A DNA stretch of 64,000 nucleotides, from the NCBI GenBank assembly GCA_036337435.1, contig JAYZEG010000041.1, forward strand, positions 1 to 64,000. Reading direction: 5' to 3'. The stretch comes from Myxococcota bacterium. GTDB lineage: Bacteria > Myxococcota_A > Bradymonadia > UBA7976 > UBA1532. The position numbers were made by a program, and so were the translations under genes. Of this stretch, positions 17,686 to 27,483 are shown in pieces; position 1 is the stretch's first letter, and each line of letters starts with the position of its first letter. Below the pieces are notes generated by a model. It saw only the letters and a list, made by a program, of their open reading frames with translations, was not told the DNA's origin and searched no databases.

Positions 17686-19116
17686 TTAGGAAACGAATTC
17701 AAACCATATGAGAAAACGCTGGAATTCAGCCTTAAGGCGATACTGATTTCCTAAGGTGAGAGTGGGCCTATTTTCTAAAATGGGCAGAAATGCTTGTCGC
17801 CAATGAGTGCCAGCTTGTCCCGGTCCCGTCGTCATGAAGGGCTCGCCATCTTGGAGCAGTTCGTACCAGAATACGATGCCATGACATGTGGCACTTGCCG
17901 TCGCGATAAATGCCTTTGTCTCGGCACCGGACAATGGGATGTCTTCGTTAAAGTTGAGTTCTACAGCCGTGTATGGTTCGGCCAGCGCTGTATACTCGAA
18001 GCGCTCCAGTTCAACTTGTAAGAGTCGTGGATCTCGCAATGCATTGAAGGGCGAAAGTGTAAAGCCGCAAACGGTGTCCACAGAGAAAGAGTGATTTAAA
18101 CTTTCACTGAAAACGGGTAGCGCGATGATGCGAACCCCATCGGGAACGAGGGTTGCGCCTGGCTTCAAGAGCTGGGTCTTGGCATGCTGTATGGTTGCGA
18201 GCGCATCCTCCCCAAAAAAACCAGCATCGAAGATCTCACAAATCAGTGCGTCCGCTCGATGAGCCATATCCTCACCGACGACCAATTGGGTCGACCTTTT
18301 CTGAATCACTTTGATTCGATCTTGGAATCCATTGGCGCGAACGACCTGTTTCGCTGCAGTTGTAATCTTTGGATTGTCGTCACATGCATAGACTTGACCG
18401 GCACCTGCATCGGCGGCCATCAGGGCCAGTAGGCTCGAACCAGTCCCAATATCCAAGACCACGTCATTTGGTTTGATGGAGGCGCGAATTGCACTTTGGA
18501 AAGCGGCATTGCGCGGTGCATCATTCATCATGGGGAAATGCCAACGCTGGATAGTATTGCCAATCAGTGCTCTCATCCGTTGTTTGGCCAAATTCTCGGC
18601 CGCTTGGTTAGGCTGTGCTGACGCACTGGAATAGCGTCTTAAGGCCAGACCTGACTGACCGATCAAACTCAGTATATCGCCCATGCCGATCTCTGCCATT
18701 GGGTGACCGGGACTCAATGTCAAAACGGCCTGAAATGAATCGACGGCTCGCTGATAGTCTTGAGCCGTTTGATACAAGTGACCTAAGCGCAGACCAACGT
18801 CGATTTGACTGGCTCCGAAATCGCGCGCTTGTTCATAACAGGTCTTCGCGGCGTCTGCGTTGGATGCTCTGAGTTCGTAGTCACCGCGAGCCAGCCAATA
18901 TCGACCGGATTGAGCCAGCTCTTTCTCAGCGCGTTTTAGATGACGGTTGGCCGTAGGCAACTCATTTTGTTGTAAGGCCAAATCGGCCAATGCGAGATTG
19001 GCGTCGCCGTGACTGGGTCTCGCTTTCAGAATCTTGCGATAGGTCCGACTTGCCTCGGCTACTTGTCCTTTCTTAAACAACTCGTTCGCGTGTTTGAGCA
19101 GACGCACTACATCCAA
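17686..19116 (-). CDS. TPR-repeat protein fused to a PRMT-like SAM-dependent methyltransferase
   Basis: N-terminal TPR-like helices; WHFPMMND..RN, VLDIGTGSSLLALMAA, VYACD, ALICEIFDAGFFGE (double-E loop) and GTHWRQ (THW loop); TTG start with purine-rich RBS. Confidence 0.85.
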   Translation of the reverse strand: MDVVRLLKHANELFKKGQVAEASRTYRKILKARPSHGDANLALADLALQQNELPTANRHLKRAEKELAQSGRYWLARGDYELRASNADAAKTCYEQARDFGASQIDVGLRLGHLYQTAQDYQRAVDSFQAVLTLSPGHPMAEIGMGDILSLIGQSGLALRRYSSASAQPNQAAENLAKQRMRALIGNTIQRWHFPMMNDAPRNAAFQSAIRASIKPNDVVLDIGTGSSLLALMAADAGAGQVYACDDNPKITTAAKQVVRANGFQDRIKVIQKRSTQLVVGEDMAHRADALICEIFDAGFFGEDALATIQHAKTQLLKPGATLVPDGVRIIALPVFSESLNHSFSVDTVCGFTLSPFNALRDPRLLQVELERFEYTALAEPYTAVELNFNEDIPLSGAETKAFIATASATCHGIVFWYELLQDGEPFMTTGPGQAGTHWRQAFLPILENRPTLTLGNQYRLKAEFQRFLIWFEFVS

Positions 19117-19255
19117 GACAGCACCCCTTCCTTTATTAGACTGATTCTACTCACGTAAGAGCCCCAAATACTCTTCCATTAGGTGGCAGTTTAGACAGGA
19201 AATAGCTCTTCGGTCTAGCTCGTTGATATCCTTTCCATCAAATTAAATGGCTGTC

Positions 19256-19927
19256 CTATCTTTGAACAAAGGCCATTGTATTTTGCCAGGATAGGTCCAC
19301 AAACGACACGGCGGCATCTAGACCCGAGTGCGCGTAGGCAATAATGAAGCCCGCGCTGATGAGGTTTGCGCTCGGCAGAAAAGCCCATGCAAATAGGAAG
19401 GTGGTTTTCTGAAGATCCGTTTGTTGTCGATGGGTTTCTCGGATCGTCGACGTAATGTGATACGCAAAGGTTGCTCCAAAGGCCGGAGCAACCCATACAG
19501 CCCCATCAAACTGGCCAAGACCACTGAGTACAATGAATGGGATACAGAGAGTGGGAAACCAATACGGGGCGATGGAGATCAACCAATTGCCTTGGCCGCG
19601 ATAGCGCATCTCGCCGCCTTGGCTCCAGGTCGTTTTCAAACCGGTTACGCGATGTAGGGTGAGCCATGCAAAAAGAGCATGGGTCAGTTCGTGTTCGAAG
19701 GTCGAGAAAAACGACCCCATGAAACGTCTTTTGAGGAGGATTTGCCACAAGATCCCATAAGCGATTGCACCGCCTGCAAAATAGTATAGGGGATCGGGCA
19801 CCCGGAAAATTTCAACCGACAATGTGCCGAGTGCCATCACGACGCCGGGCAGGAGTAAAACCATGAGCGCGGCAATTGGCCACTTTGTCAGCTTGAGTGT
19901 TGCATTGGGAATGGTCGATAAAGGCAT
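19256..19927 (-). CDS. M50B-like membrane zinc metallopeptidase
   Basis: FEHELTHA HExxH motif; GG..ISIAPY; TDL third-ligand motif; several TM segments; GAGAGGA RBS before ATG 19927. Confidence 0.8.
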   Translation of the reverse strand: MPLSTIPNATLKLTKWPIAALMVLLLPGVVMALGTLSVEIFRVPDPLYYFAGGAIAYGILWQILLKRRFMGSFFSTFEHELTHALFAWLTLHRVTGLKTTWSQGGEMRYRGQGNWLISIAPYWFPTLCIPFIVLSGLGQFDGAVWVAPAFGATFAYHITSTIRETHRQQTDLQKTTFLFAWAFLPSANLISAGFIIAYAHSGLDAAVSFVDLSWQNTMAFVQR

Positions 19928-19986
19928 GTGCGTCCTCTCTTTGTCGAACACGGCTACTACTGAGGTGCGGATCGATATTCGATAAT

Positions 19987-21393
19987 CTACCCAGGGAGCG
20001 AGAAGGCGCGTGTCCCATCGTCGCCAAAGCGCTCGACGCCGGCTCCCGCATCCGCAAGGATTCGCATGAAAAGATTTGCGACGGGTTCGTTGTTTGTTTC
20101 ATCGGCATTGCGCACATCGACGTATTGCCCCGTCTGCAACCCTCCTGCTCGGCCGGCGAGCACAATCGGTAGATTATAGTGGTAATGGCGGTTGCCATCC
20201 TCGACCTCCGAGGAAAAGAAGACAGTGGTCTCATCGAGCAAGCTGTGCCCCCCCATATCCGTCGTAGACAAGCGCTCCAGCAGGTGAGCAAGGATCGAGA
20301 TTTCCCACGCATCGATTTGAGCGATCTTGGCGAGCTTGGCCTCGTCCTGCTGATGATGGGACAATTCATGATGGCCTTCTGCCAGACCGATTTCAGTATG
20401 GGCTCGATTGCTGCCGCCGTTACCGAACATGAAGGTTCCAACACGGGTTAGGTCGCACTTCATTGCCTGGACCAGTATGTCCAGCATCAACTGGGCATAG
20501 GCCCGTCTATCGGTTGGAACGGCGAGGGGACGCTCGAAATTCGGTCCGCAGACCGTCTCTTCATTCGCAGCTGCGACAATGCGTTGTTCGATGTCTCGGA
20601 TGCCAGTCATGTAGGCATCCATACGATGCTTATCCGATTGGCCCAATCGCTGCTTGAGTGCTTGTGCATCACCCAATACAAAATCTAGAACACTGGTTCG
20701 CCGTCGTAATCTACGAGTGCGCTCAGCGGCGCTGGCATCGGCATCAAAACCGCCAAAAAGGCGTTCAAAAAGCAGCCTTGGATTGGTTTCTTTGGGTAGT
20801 GGCGTTTGGGCATCTCGCCAAGCAATGTTTCGACTGTATGCGCAACTGTAGCCCGAATCGCATGCGTTTTCGTTGCCACCGCCCTCGCACCCGATTTCCA
20901 GTGATGCATAGCGGGTTTGACCGTCAAAGTGACGAGCCAAAACCTGGTCCATGCTGGGTCCGATCTGTAACTGAGATGCGTGCTTGAGTGGATGTACGCA
21001 GGTCAAAAACGTTGAGGTTCCACGGGCATGGTCACCCGGGCCATCGCCCTGAGCAGAGCCTGCATGATTGTCGAGTCCATTGAGTAGCAGCAGCTGGTTT
21101 GCGTAGGGTGTCAGGCTGGACAAACTGGTTCCCGCTAGAGCATCGGCATTGAGAACGCCCGGGGCTTGAGGCCAAAATTGCGCCATGTTGAAGCCGTTGG
21201 GGACGTAGAAGCCCAAAAAGCGTTTTGGCCCCATCTCTTGTTGCGCCAGCGCTGTTCCGCCGCCAAAGTACTCCAGGTAAGGCAAGGCTAATGTCGCGCC
21301 CATCCCAGCAAGGAAACCGCGTCGGGACAGGCTGCTTCGAGGAATTAGAATCCGAGGGCTTTTACCAGACTTTTTCATATTTGACTGTCCCAT
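19987..21393 (-). CDS. DUF1552 domain protein (Tat-exported)
   Basis: LSRRGFLAGMGATLALPYLE Tat signal; FYVPNG, GDHARGT, SMDQV, CDSGYSCAY, NPRLLFERLFG, CDLTRVGT, HHELSHH; translationally coupled to the upstream DUF1592 gene. Confidence 0.9.
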   Translation of the reverse strand: MGQSNMKKSGKSPRILIPRSSLSRRGFLAGMGATLALPYLEYFGGGTALAQQEMGPKRFLGFYVPNGFNMAQFWPQAPGVLNADALAGTSLSSLTPYANQLLLLNGLDNHAGSAQGDGPGDHARGTSTFLTCVHPLKHASQLQIGPSMDQVLARHFDGQTRYASLEIGCEGGGNENACDSGYSCAYSRNIAWRDAQTPLPKETNPRLLFERLFGGFDADASAAERTRRLRRRTSVLDFVLGDAQALKQRLGQSDKHRMDAYMTGIRDIEQRIVAAANEETVCGPNFERPLAVPTDRRAYAQLMLDILVQAMKCDLTRVGTFMFGNGGSNRAHTEIGLAEGHHELSHHQQDEAKLAKIAQIDAWEISILAHLLERLSTTDMGGHSLLDETTVFFSSEVEDGNRHYHYNLPIVLAGRAGGLQTGQYVDVRNADETNNEPVANLFMRILADAGAGVERFGDDGTRAFSLPG

Positions 21394-23900
21394 TATTGAC
21401 CCCCCTCATTGGAATCCATTTGGCTGACACCCTTGATGGTAAACAACGGACTTGTGACGATTGCATCGACGATTGCATCGGGGCGGTAGTCCATCTCAGT
21501 GACTTGAGCTTCGACTTCGTCGAAGAGGCAACTTTCTTCGTCGGCTAGGCCACGACCGAGCGCATAGGTGATCACTTTGTTGAGCATGCACGGCCCCAGT
21601 TCAGGTCGTGCACGAATGGACTGGGCCATCTCCACAGCGGTCTCGAATGTATCTTCGCCGAGTAGAAGGCCGGCCGGGTCTATGCTCACGCCTTGGTCTT
21701 CTGTTCTGAATGCGCCGACAGCATCGAATTGTTCCAGTCCAAAACCAACCGCGTCCATGTGTTGGTGACACGCAGCGCATGCTGGATCGGCGCGATGCTG
21801 TTCTAAGCGTGTTCTGAGAGGTGCGTTTTGGTCTACATCTTCGATCAAACCTTCCACACTGGGCGGGGGTGGGGGTGGTGCTGAACAGAGAAGTTCCTCG
21901 AGCACCCATTTGCCCCGTTTTACAGGAGACGTTCGGGTCCGTTGAGATGTGGCCGCTAACCACGATGCATGGGTCAGTAATCCGAGCCGGTTCGCTTGTG
22001 GCAATTGGACTTCAACAAACTCTTCCCCCTCAATGCCTTCGAGCCCATAATGAGATGCCAATCGTTGGTTCAAAAAGGTGAAGTCTGCGTCGATTAGGTC
22101 GAGTAAGCTGTGTTGTCCCCGCCAGATTTCATGAAAGACGAGTCGTGTCTCTTCGAGCATCGCTTGCCTCAAGTCTTCATCAAACTCCGGAAAAAGCTCA
22201 TACTCTGGATCAACCAGGGCCGCTTGACGTGTGAGCAGCCATTGTTCTCCAAGGTCAAAAATCATGGAATTACCCCGCTGGTCTGCCAGCATATCAGCGG
22301 CGATATTGGCCAATCCGTCGTCTGTATCGAGTCGGCCCGCCGATGCGGCATCGAGCAAGGCTTCATCTGGGACGGACCGCCAAATAAAAGCTGCAAGCCG
22401 AGCAGCCAACTCATAGGGACTCAGACGTTCCCCGGGTTCACTGTCGGCCTCTACGCGAAATAAGAAGTTCGGAGAGAGTAGAAGCGCATGGATCCCTTGG
22501 CGCATACCCATTTGGAGTCCGCCAGGTTCATCTAATTCAGCACTGATCAACGTCCACAGTTTCTCCATTTCTGACTCTGTGAGGTCGCGTCTCCAAATCA
22601 AGCGAGCAACCCGTCTAATGGCTGTTTGGCCGCATTGAATGGAATCGTGTCCGAGGGCCAGATCACAGTCGTTTAAAAACGCTCTTTCGAACGGTGTTTT
22701 TGGCACATCGACAGCAACAGGGCCTTCAAGTTCGATATAATCGATGTGCATATTTCGATCACCTGGGTCCGGGCACGTCCCCGCAGCGAAGCGATCATCA
22801 GGGCAGTAGTAATCATTCAGAAAACGAATCCCAACAAAGGAGACCTCTGTGTTGAGCTCGACAAGCCCAAGATCCTGAATCTCGAATGCGGGTGCTTGAG
22901 CTGCGGTTTCAAACGACCCGAGCGCATTTCCATTGACGGTTACTTCGAAACGGACGGGTTCGGGACCCGCTTGAGTACCGCCCACGCGCACTCGGAGGGT
23001 GTACTCGCCCGGCTCATCAATCTCGATCTCACCTGCGAGAAGTCCCGACGACCAGAGATTGTAATAATTATCGAATGCGCGCCCGACAGGTGCCATCATG
23101 GATTCACCCTCGAGGCGAAGGAGACTGGGCTCTCCCATGCGGTTGGGCAGCACTTCTTCGGCGAGGCTGGCGGCTGCGAGGTCGTATTTTTCGATGAGCA
23201 GCGGGCTTACCGTTAGAGAATCAGCGATGTTGTCCAGACCAAAGCTGTTGTCTTCCGATGGGAAGTCATCTGCAGGCGCGCTCTCGGTCTTGAGAAGCGA
23301 TTGGATGGCGTGGTTGTATTCGAGTCGGTTCAAGCGATGAAGAGCTTTCGCAGTTGGTTGGGGCCAACAGACGCGGACCGGTGGTTCGCCGAGACTCTCG
23401 AGTCCACGAATCCAGTCCCTCAAGTCATTCAAGGTGGGTTTGGTCGAATCGCCTATGATGAGCATCTCATAGGACGGCCCAGCCGGTGGCATCTGATCGA
23501 ACAAACCGTCACCTTGACCGACCAGGAAATCCAGCAATGTGCTCTGGTCGGGTGCGCCCATCACGACCCATCTTTCATTGCCGACCAGACCCTGTTCGAA
23601 TGCCGTTAGACTGTCGAAAAAGGGCAATGATTGACCCTCCCCATGGCATTGAGCGCACATGGGTTCAAGTGCTCGAAATACCCGCTCTGTCGTCCAATCA
23701 GTGTTCCGAACTTGATCACCCCCATCAGCCATCGGCTCGGCCACCGTAAGGTCCGTGGGGATGCTGGTTCCCATATCGGATGGAACAGACATCTGTCCGT
23801 TTGGTTCGGGCCTGTCGCACCCGATGGTCCCGATGGTCAAGACGAGGTAAAGCGCCGCAGGCAGCGATGCGTAGATCGGCGTGGTTGGCTTTCTAAACAT
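21393..23900 (-). CDS. DUF1587/1595/1592/1588/1585 multi-domain lipoprotein with c-type heme motifs and a CBM-like insert
   Basis: HRLNRLEYNHAI, LLSPNFLFRVE, YELAARLAAFIWRSVPD, TSPVKRGKWV..LLC..PPPPP and CAACH; N-terminal CAQCH; lipobox TIGC. Start ATG 23900 (track gives 23942). Confidence 0.9.
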   Translation of the reverse strand: MFRKPTTPIYASLPAALYLVLTIGTIGCDRPEPNGQMSVPSDMGTSIPTDLTVAEPMADGGDQVRNTDWTTERVFRALEPMCAQCHGEGQSLPFFDSLTAFEQGLVGNERWVVMGAPDQSTLLDFLVGQGDGLFDQMPPAGPSYEMLIIGDSTKPTLNDLRDWIRGLESLGEPPVRVCWPQPTAKALHRLNRLEYNHAIQSLLKTESAPADDFPSEDNSFGLDNIADSLTVSPLLIEKYDLAAASLAEEVLPNRMGEPSLLRLEGESMMAPVGRAFDNYYNLWSSGLLAGEIEIDEPGEYTLRVRVGGTQAGPEPVRFEVTVNGNALGSFETAAQAPAFEIQDLGLVELNTEVSFVGIRFLNDYYCPDDRFAAGTCPDPGDRNMHIDYIELEGPVAVDVPKTPFERAFLNDCDLALGHDSIQCGQTAIRRVARLIWRRDLTESEMEKLWTLISAELDEPGGLQMGMRQGIHALLLSPNFLFRVEADSEPGERLSPYELAARLAAFIWRSVPDEALLDAASAGRLDTDDGLANIAADMLADQRGNSMIFDLGEQWLLTRQAALVDPEYELFPEFDEDLRQAMLEETRLVFHEIWRGQHSLLDLIDADFTFLNQRLASHYGLEGIEGEEFVEVQLPQANRLGLLTHASWLAATSQRTRTSPVKRGKWVLEELLCSAPPPPPPSVEGLIEDVDQNAPLRTRLEQHRADPACAACHQHMDAVGFGLEQFDAVGAFRTEDQGVSIDPAGLLLGEDTFETAVEMAQSIRARPELGPCMLNKVITYALGRGLADEESCLFDEVEAQVTEMDYRPDAIVDAIVTSPLFTIKGVSQMDSNEGGQ

Positions 23901-24212
23901 GCATGGACCCCCCCGGTTACTCGTTGTATGAGGTGTCGACACAACTCATACGTCTACGGAACATGATACCAGGTCTGTTGGGATAGATCGAAGGGTCATC
24001 CACAATGATTCCGTCAGCAAAATCAAAACTGAGTACCCATTGAAATGAAATCGGCTCCGTCTTGAAGGCCGGTAATCACTGCCTGTCCATCGATGGGTGA
24101 CGCCTCGTATTCGACTGATAATGTGCGATTTTAGTTGCGTTGTTGAGCCGCTTTGTTGAAGTGTTGGAGTCCCAAACGGCGGTCAGCTATTTTGACCCGT
24201 CGGCCGTATGTG

Positions 24213-25301
24213 ATGACCCGGAGCCCCCTGTTGGAAAAAGACTATAAAGAGTTAATTAAACGCCTTGTTTGTCCCATCACTGGGTCCGATAAATGGACAC
24301 TTAAGGGCAGCTATCAAGAGGGTCTTTTGTGCAGTGACCAGGCGTCTTACTATCCCATCATTGGCGGCATACCTAGACTGTTGCCACCAGACTTATTGGG
24401 TCCATTTCTAAGAGAGGCGTATCCGGAGGTTCTTGCCCTTTGGCCTGAATTGCAGGTGTTTACTGAAAACACACCGTCTCCTGAACAGGACGTTCTCGAT
24501 ACGTTGACATCTTACAGTTTCCAGCATGTCGCCATGGCAGATGATGTCGAACTCAGAGATGATTGGCTCGCGACCTGGAATCGGTTTCAGCCTAATTTAC
24601 CTCCCGAAAGCTTTTCTGGGCAGTCCGTTCTTGAAGTCGGGAGCGGCGAGGGACGCCATGCATGTCTCGTCGGCGAACATGCGTCCTTGATGGTAGGTCT
24701 GGACCTATCTCGTGGTGTTGAACTGGCGTTCAAGAGAGACCCGAATCCCAACAGTTATTATGTGCAAGGTGACTTGCGGCGGCCGCCATTTAAGGCCAAA
24801 TCATTTGATGCGTTGTACTCAAATGGTGTCCTTCATCATACCCCTGACCCTGCGCTGTCTTTCCGGTCTGTGACAGGCTTGGTGAACTCAGGCGGTGGGG
24901 TTTACATTTGGGTTTACGGACTGGCCGAGATGAGCTGGAGTTACCGATTGAGTCACTTGGTTTTTCTCCGTCCAATCACGAATCGGTTACCACAGTCTGG
25001 CCAAGTGGGCGTTGCTGCTGGGCTGACACTTGCTCTCGAGATTGGTCTGTGGGCACCAGCACGCATGCTGAAACGGGTCGGGCTTAATCGAATTGCGGAA
25101 AAAATACCCTACGTAGATGCGGCAGACAAAGATTGGCAGTACAAGCGGAGGCGGATGTTCGACCGTATCAATCCACCTATCACCCATTACATTTCAAAAG
25201 ACGACCTAGCGGATTGGTTTGAAAATTTTGACAACCTCGAAATCATTAATGCGTTTGGCCAAGGCTGGTCGGCCCGAGGCCGTGTGAGGACATCTGCTTG
25301 A
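24213..25301 (+). CDS. Class I SAM-dependent methyltransferase with N-terminal Trm112-like domain
   Basis: LVCPIT..LLC..YPIIGGIPRLL (Trm112-like); VLEVGSGEGRH, GLDLS, VQGD, FDALYSNGVLHHTPDP. Start codon uncertain. Confidence 0.85.
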   Translation: MTRSPLLEKDYKELIKRLVCPITGSDKWTLKGSYQEGLLCSDQASYYPIIGGIPRLLPPDLLGPFLREAYPEVLALWPELQVFTENTPSPEQDVLDTLTSYSFQHVAMADDVELRDDWLATWNRFQPNLPPESFSGQSVLEVGSGEGRHACLVGEHASLMVGLDLSRGVELAFKRDPNPNSYYVQGDLRRPPFKAKSFDALYSNGVLHHTPDPALSFRSVTGLVNSGGGVYIWVYGLAEMSWSYRLSHLVFLRPITNRLPQSGQVGVAAGLTLALEIGLWAPARMLKRVGLNRIAEKIPYVDAADKDWQYKRRRMFDRINPPITHYISKDDLADWFENFDNLEIINAFGQGWSARGRVRTSA

Positions 25302-25882
25302 ACGCGTTTTCTTCGAGCTTAAGGCCGTATGCAATGTGGATCTCGCTTCTACTGAGTGTTGGCCTATTCGTAGGGTGTGACGCGGTGACCCCCCCGGATA
25401 CAACCAGCAAAGCACGCGCCAAACCGTCCAGCCATTACCGACTCATCGATGCCTTTGAGACGATGGTCAAGGCTGTCAAAGAGGGTGACACTGCAGTCAT
25501 CCTTAAAACGATGGAATCGTATTTAATGACTCAGGCGGATCTAGACGCACTTTTTCCACCGACTCTTGCAAGTCAGCTATGGCCTAAATATCGCGATGTG
25601 ATTGCCTCTGATATGCGTAAGGAGGCGGTTTCGTTGGTGACCAGCCGGATTAAGGCTGGCTTTGATACCGTCGACTGTATCCGTGTCAGCACCGTCAAGC
25701 CAAAAGAAACGACACGGGGCGACCTCGCTATGATGAATGCGATGACACGGCCTCCGAAGATGTACACGATTCGTTTACGTTCAAAAAACGCGGAACTCGG
25801 GTTGAGATTCAATGGGTTTGTCTACGTCAACGGCCGCTGGCGGTCGCTTTTTAAAGCCTATAATCATCTGCCAAACCAATGA
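25298..25882 (+). CDS. Hypothetical lipoprotein
   Basis: Lipobox LFVGC; start overlaps the upstream stop; C-terminal FVYVNGRWR strand. Confidence 0.65.
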   Translation: MNAFSSSLRPYAMWISLLLSVGLFVGCDAVTPPDTTSKARAKPSSHYRLIDAFETMVKAVKEGDTAVILKTMESYLMTQADLDALFPPTLASQLWPKYRDVIASDMRKEAVSLVTSRIKAGFDTVDCIRVSTVKPKETTRGDLAMMNAMTRPPKMYTIRLRSKNAELGLRFNGFVYVNGRWRSLFKAYNHLPNQ

Positions 25883-27117
25883 TATCTTCTTGGCGTTCCG
25901 ATATGGCGGCGGCATCAAAACTGGGATTGGACAGCTGCCCGCATGCTCCTCGTTCATCGTCTCCGTGCCGAGGAGCGAAGCAGCTAAAAAAGACCTTTAT
26001 TGCTCTCAAAGTGGGCATCATCTTGGCTGGTTGCGGTGCGAGTCAACCCAAAGGGCCTTATTACGAAACCCAAGCGTTCAAACTTGACTCGGTTTCTCCT
26101 GCGGATAGACCAAAACTGGTGCAGGCGGCTAAGGTCATCCTGAGAACCCGGTCCTTAATGCTGATTTCAGATGGCCAACGACGCCGTGTTACTCAGACTC
26201 AAATCGCTCAGCTGCCACTGGCCGTTCTCAAGGCCTTCGCGTTGTCTGAAGCCATCGATCGGTCTGGCGCTGAGATGGATGTTCTGATTCCGCTTGCCGG
26301 GCAGGAGAAAGTGCCTGTGACCATCATTATGCAGGCGGACGGAGGCGTGACCATCTCGACTGCGACCAAGCGCGTTTTGGGCACGCGCCAGCCAGCCTAT
26401 ATTCCCCGTTTCAGAAATGGCGATGCTCAATGGTCCAACTCTCACCGACAAGCCCTCAGGCTGTCCATGTCACTTTTGCCCAAAACAGAAGCCAGCTTAC
26501 TCGAAGAGATCCCTTTGACCCGTTACCAATCCGCTCGCGATAAACGAAAAGGGGCTGTTTATCTACAAAAAGGTTGTAAAGCAGAAATTCGCGTTTATAA
26601 CCGCGCTTTTGAAATGGATGGACTGCAATTTGTTGGGCCCCCAAATCGGCCTTATCCGGCGTCCGTTCGGACCGTCCTCCACGAAGTAGGGCATGCCATT
26701 CATAGTAGACCTAGCCGAATGGCTGCCTGCCAACTGCATGCGCAACAACAGCGATTGCGCACCCGTATAAAAACCTACAATCGACGGCTTGCGATCGCAC
26801 GAAAACGCAACGATAGGCAGCTCGCCAAACGACTTGCGGGCGAATCGAGGTCCATTGGCAAAGCCCGGCAAAAACTGAAGAGATTAGCGCAAGCCGTTGA
26901 ATCTCTCGTGGAGCGCGGTCCCGTACTAGAGGCGTATCGCGCAGCCATTGGAAAATCTCCTGCGCCAACCGCCTATGGACGTTCGTCGTTAAAGGAATCT
27001 TTCGCGGAAGCGTTCGCTCTTTTCCGTTCTGACCAGGCCGCGCTCAAGCGCACAATGCCGCGCGCTCATCGATGGTTTAGCAGTGGAGGTCATCTACGCG
27101 CCGCTCAGACGAACTGA
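25879..27117 (+). CDS. Putative zinc metallopeptidase (HExxH plus downstream E.FAEAF), probable lipoprotein
   Basis: TVLHEVGHAIH and AYGRSSLKESFAEAFALF; internal lipobox IILAGC, so the true start may be downstream; ATGA overlap with the previous gene. Confidence 0.65.
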   Translation: MISSWRSDMAAASKLGLDSCPHAPRSSSPCRGAKQLKKTFIALKVGIILAGCGASQPKGPYYETQAFKLDSVSPADRPKLVQAAKVILRTRSLMLISDGQRRRVTQTQIAQLPLAVLKAFALSEAIDRSGAEMDVLIPLAGQEKVPVTIIMQADGGVTISTATKRVLGTRQPAYIPRFRNGDAQWSNSHRQALRLSMSLLPKTEASLLEEIPLTRYQSARDKRKGAVYLQKGCKAEIRVYNRAFEMDGLQFVGPPNRPYPASVRTVLHEVGHAIHSRPSRMAACQLHAQQQRLRTRIKTYNRRLAIARKRNDRQLAKRLAGESRSIGKARQKLKRLAQAVESLVERGPVLEAYRAAIGKSPAPTAYGRSSLKESFAEAFALFRSDQAALKRTMPRAHRWFSSGGHLRAAQTN

Positions 27118-27215
27118 TAAGCTCACGTGTCGGTTCCCGCCGAACCAAAGAATTCTAAAAACGGATCAATGATTGATCTTTACTTCCACGGGCAAGTATC
27201 GCAACAAGCATGTAT

Positions 27216-27310
27216 GGAGGCGCTTGTTCGACTGGTGTGGACCGTGGACTTCAAATCCATTGTGGAGCGGTGATCCCGTTCCGGGCGGGTTCGATTCCCG
27301 TGCGCCTCCG
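27216..27310 (+). tRNA. selC: tRNA-Sec (anticodon UCA)
   Basis: 8-bp acceptor stem GGAGGCGC/GCGCCTCC; 5-bp T stem GCGGG-TTCGATT-CCCGT; anticodon arm GTGGA-CTTCAAA-TCCAT; long variable arm GGAGCGG-TGATC-CCGTTCC; discriminator G; CCA not encoded. This is the bacterial 8/5 fold. Confidence 0.95.
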
Positions 27311-27408
27311 CTGTGTTGTCGGTGCGTCGACATGACACTAAATCGAAAGTCGTCGAGTGGGTGGATTGATTTAAGTAGGGCACGCGCGGTCGACATGTGC
27401 GGAAGCGC

Positions 27409-27436
27409 TTGCCGTCCACGGTCAGTCCTGTATAGT
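27409..27436 (+). promoter_or_regulatory. Candidate sigma70 promoter for the CDP-alcohol phosphatidyltransferase gene
   Basis: TTGCCG-16 nt-TATAGT ending 48 bp upstream of the ATG. Confidence 0.35.
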
Positions 27437-27483
27437 CCGCGCCGTTATCACGGCAACTCGTTTGATACGCGGGGAGACAAACA

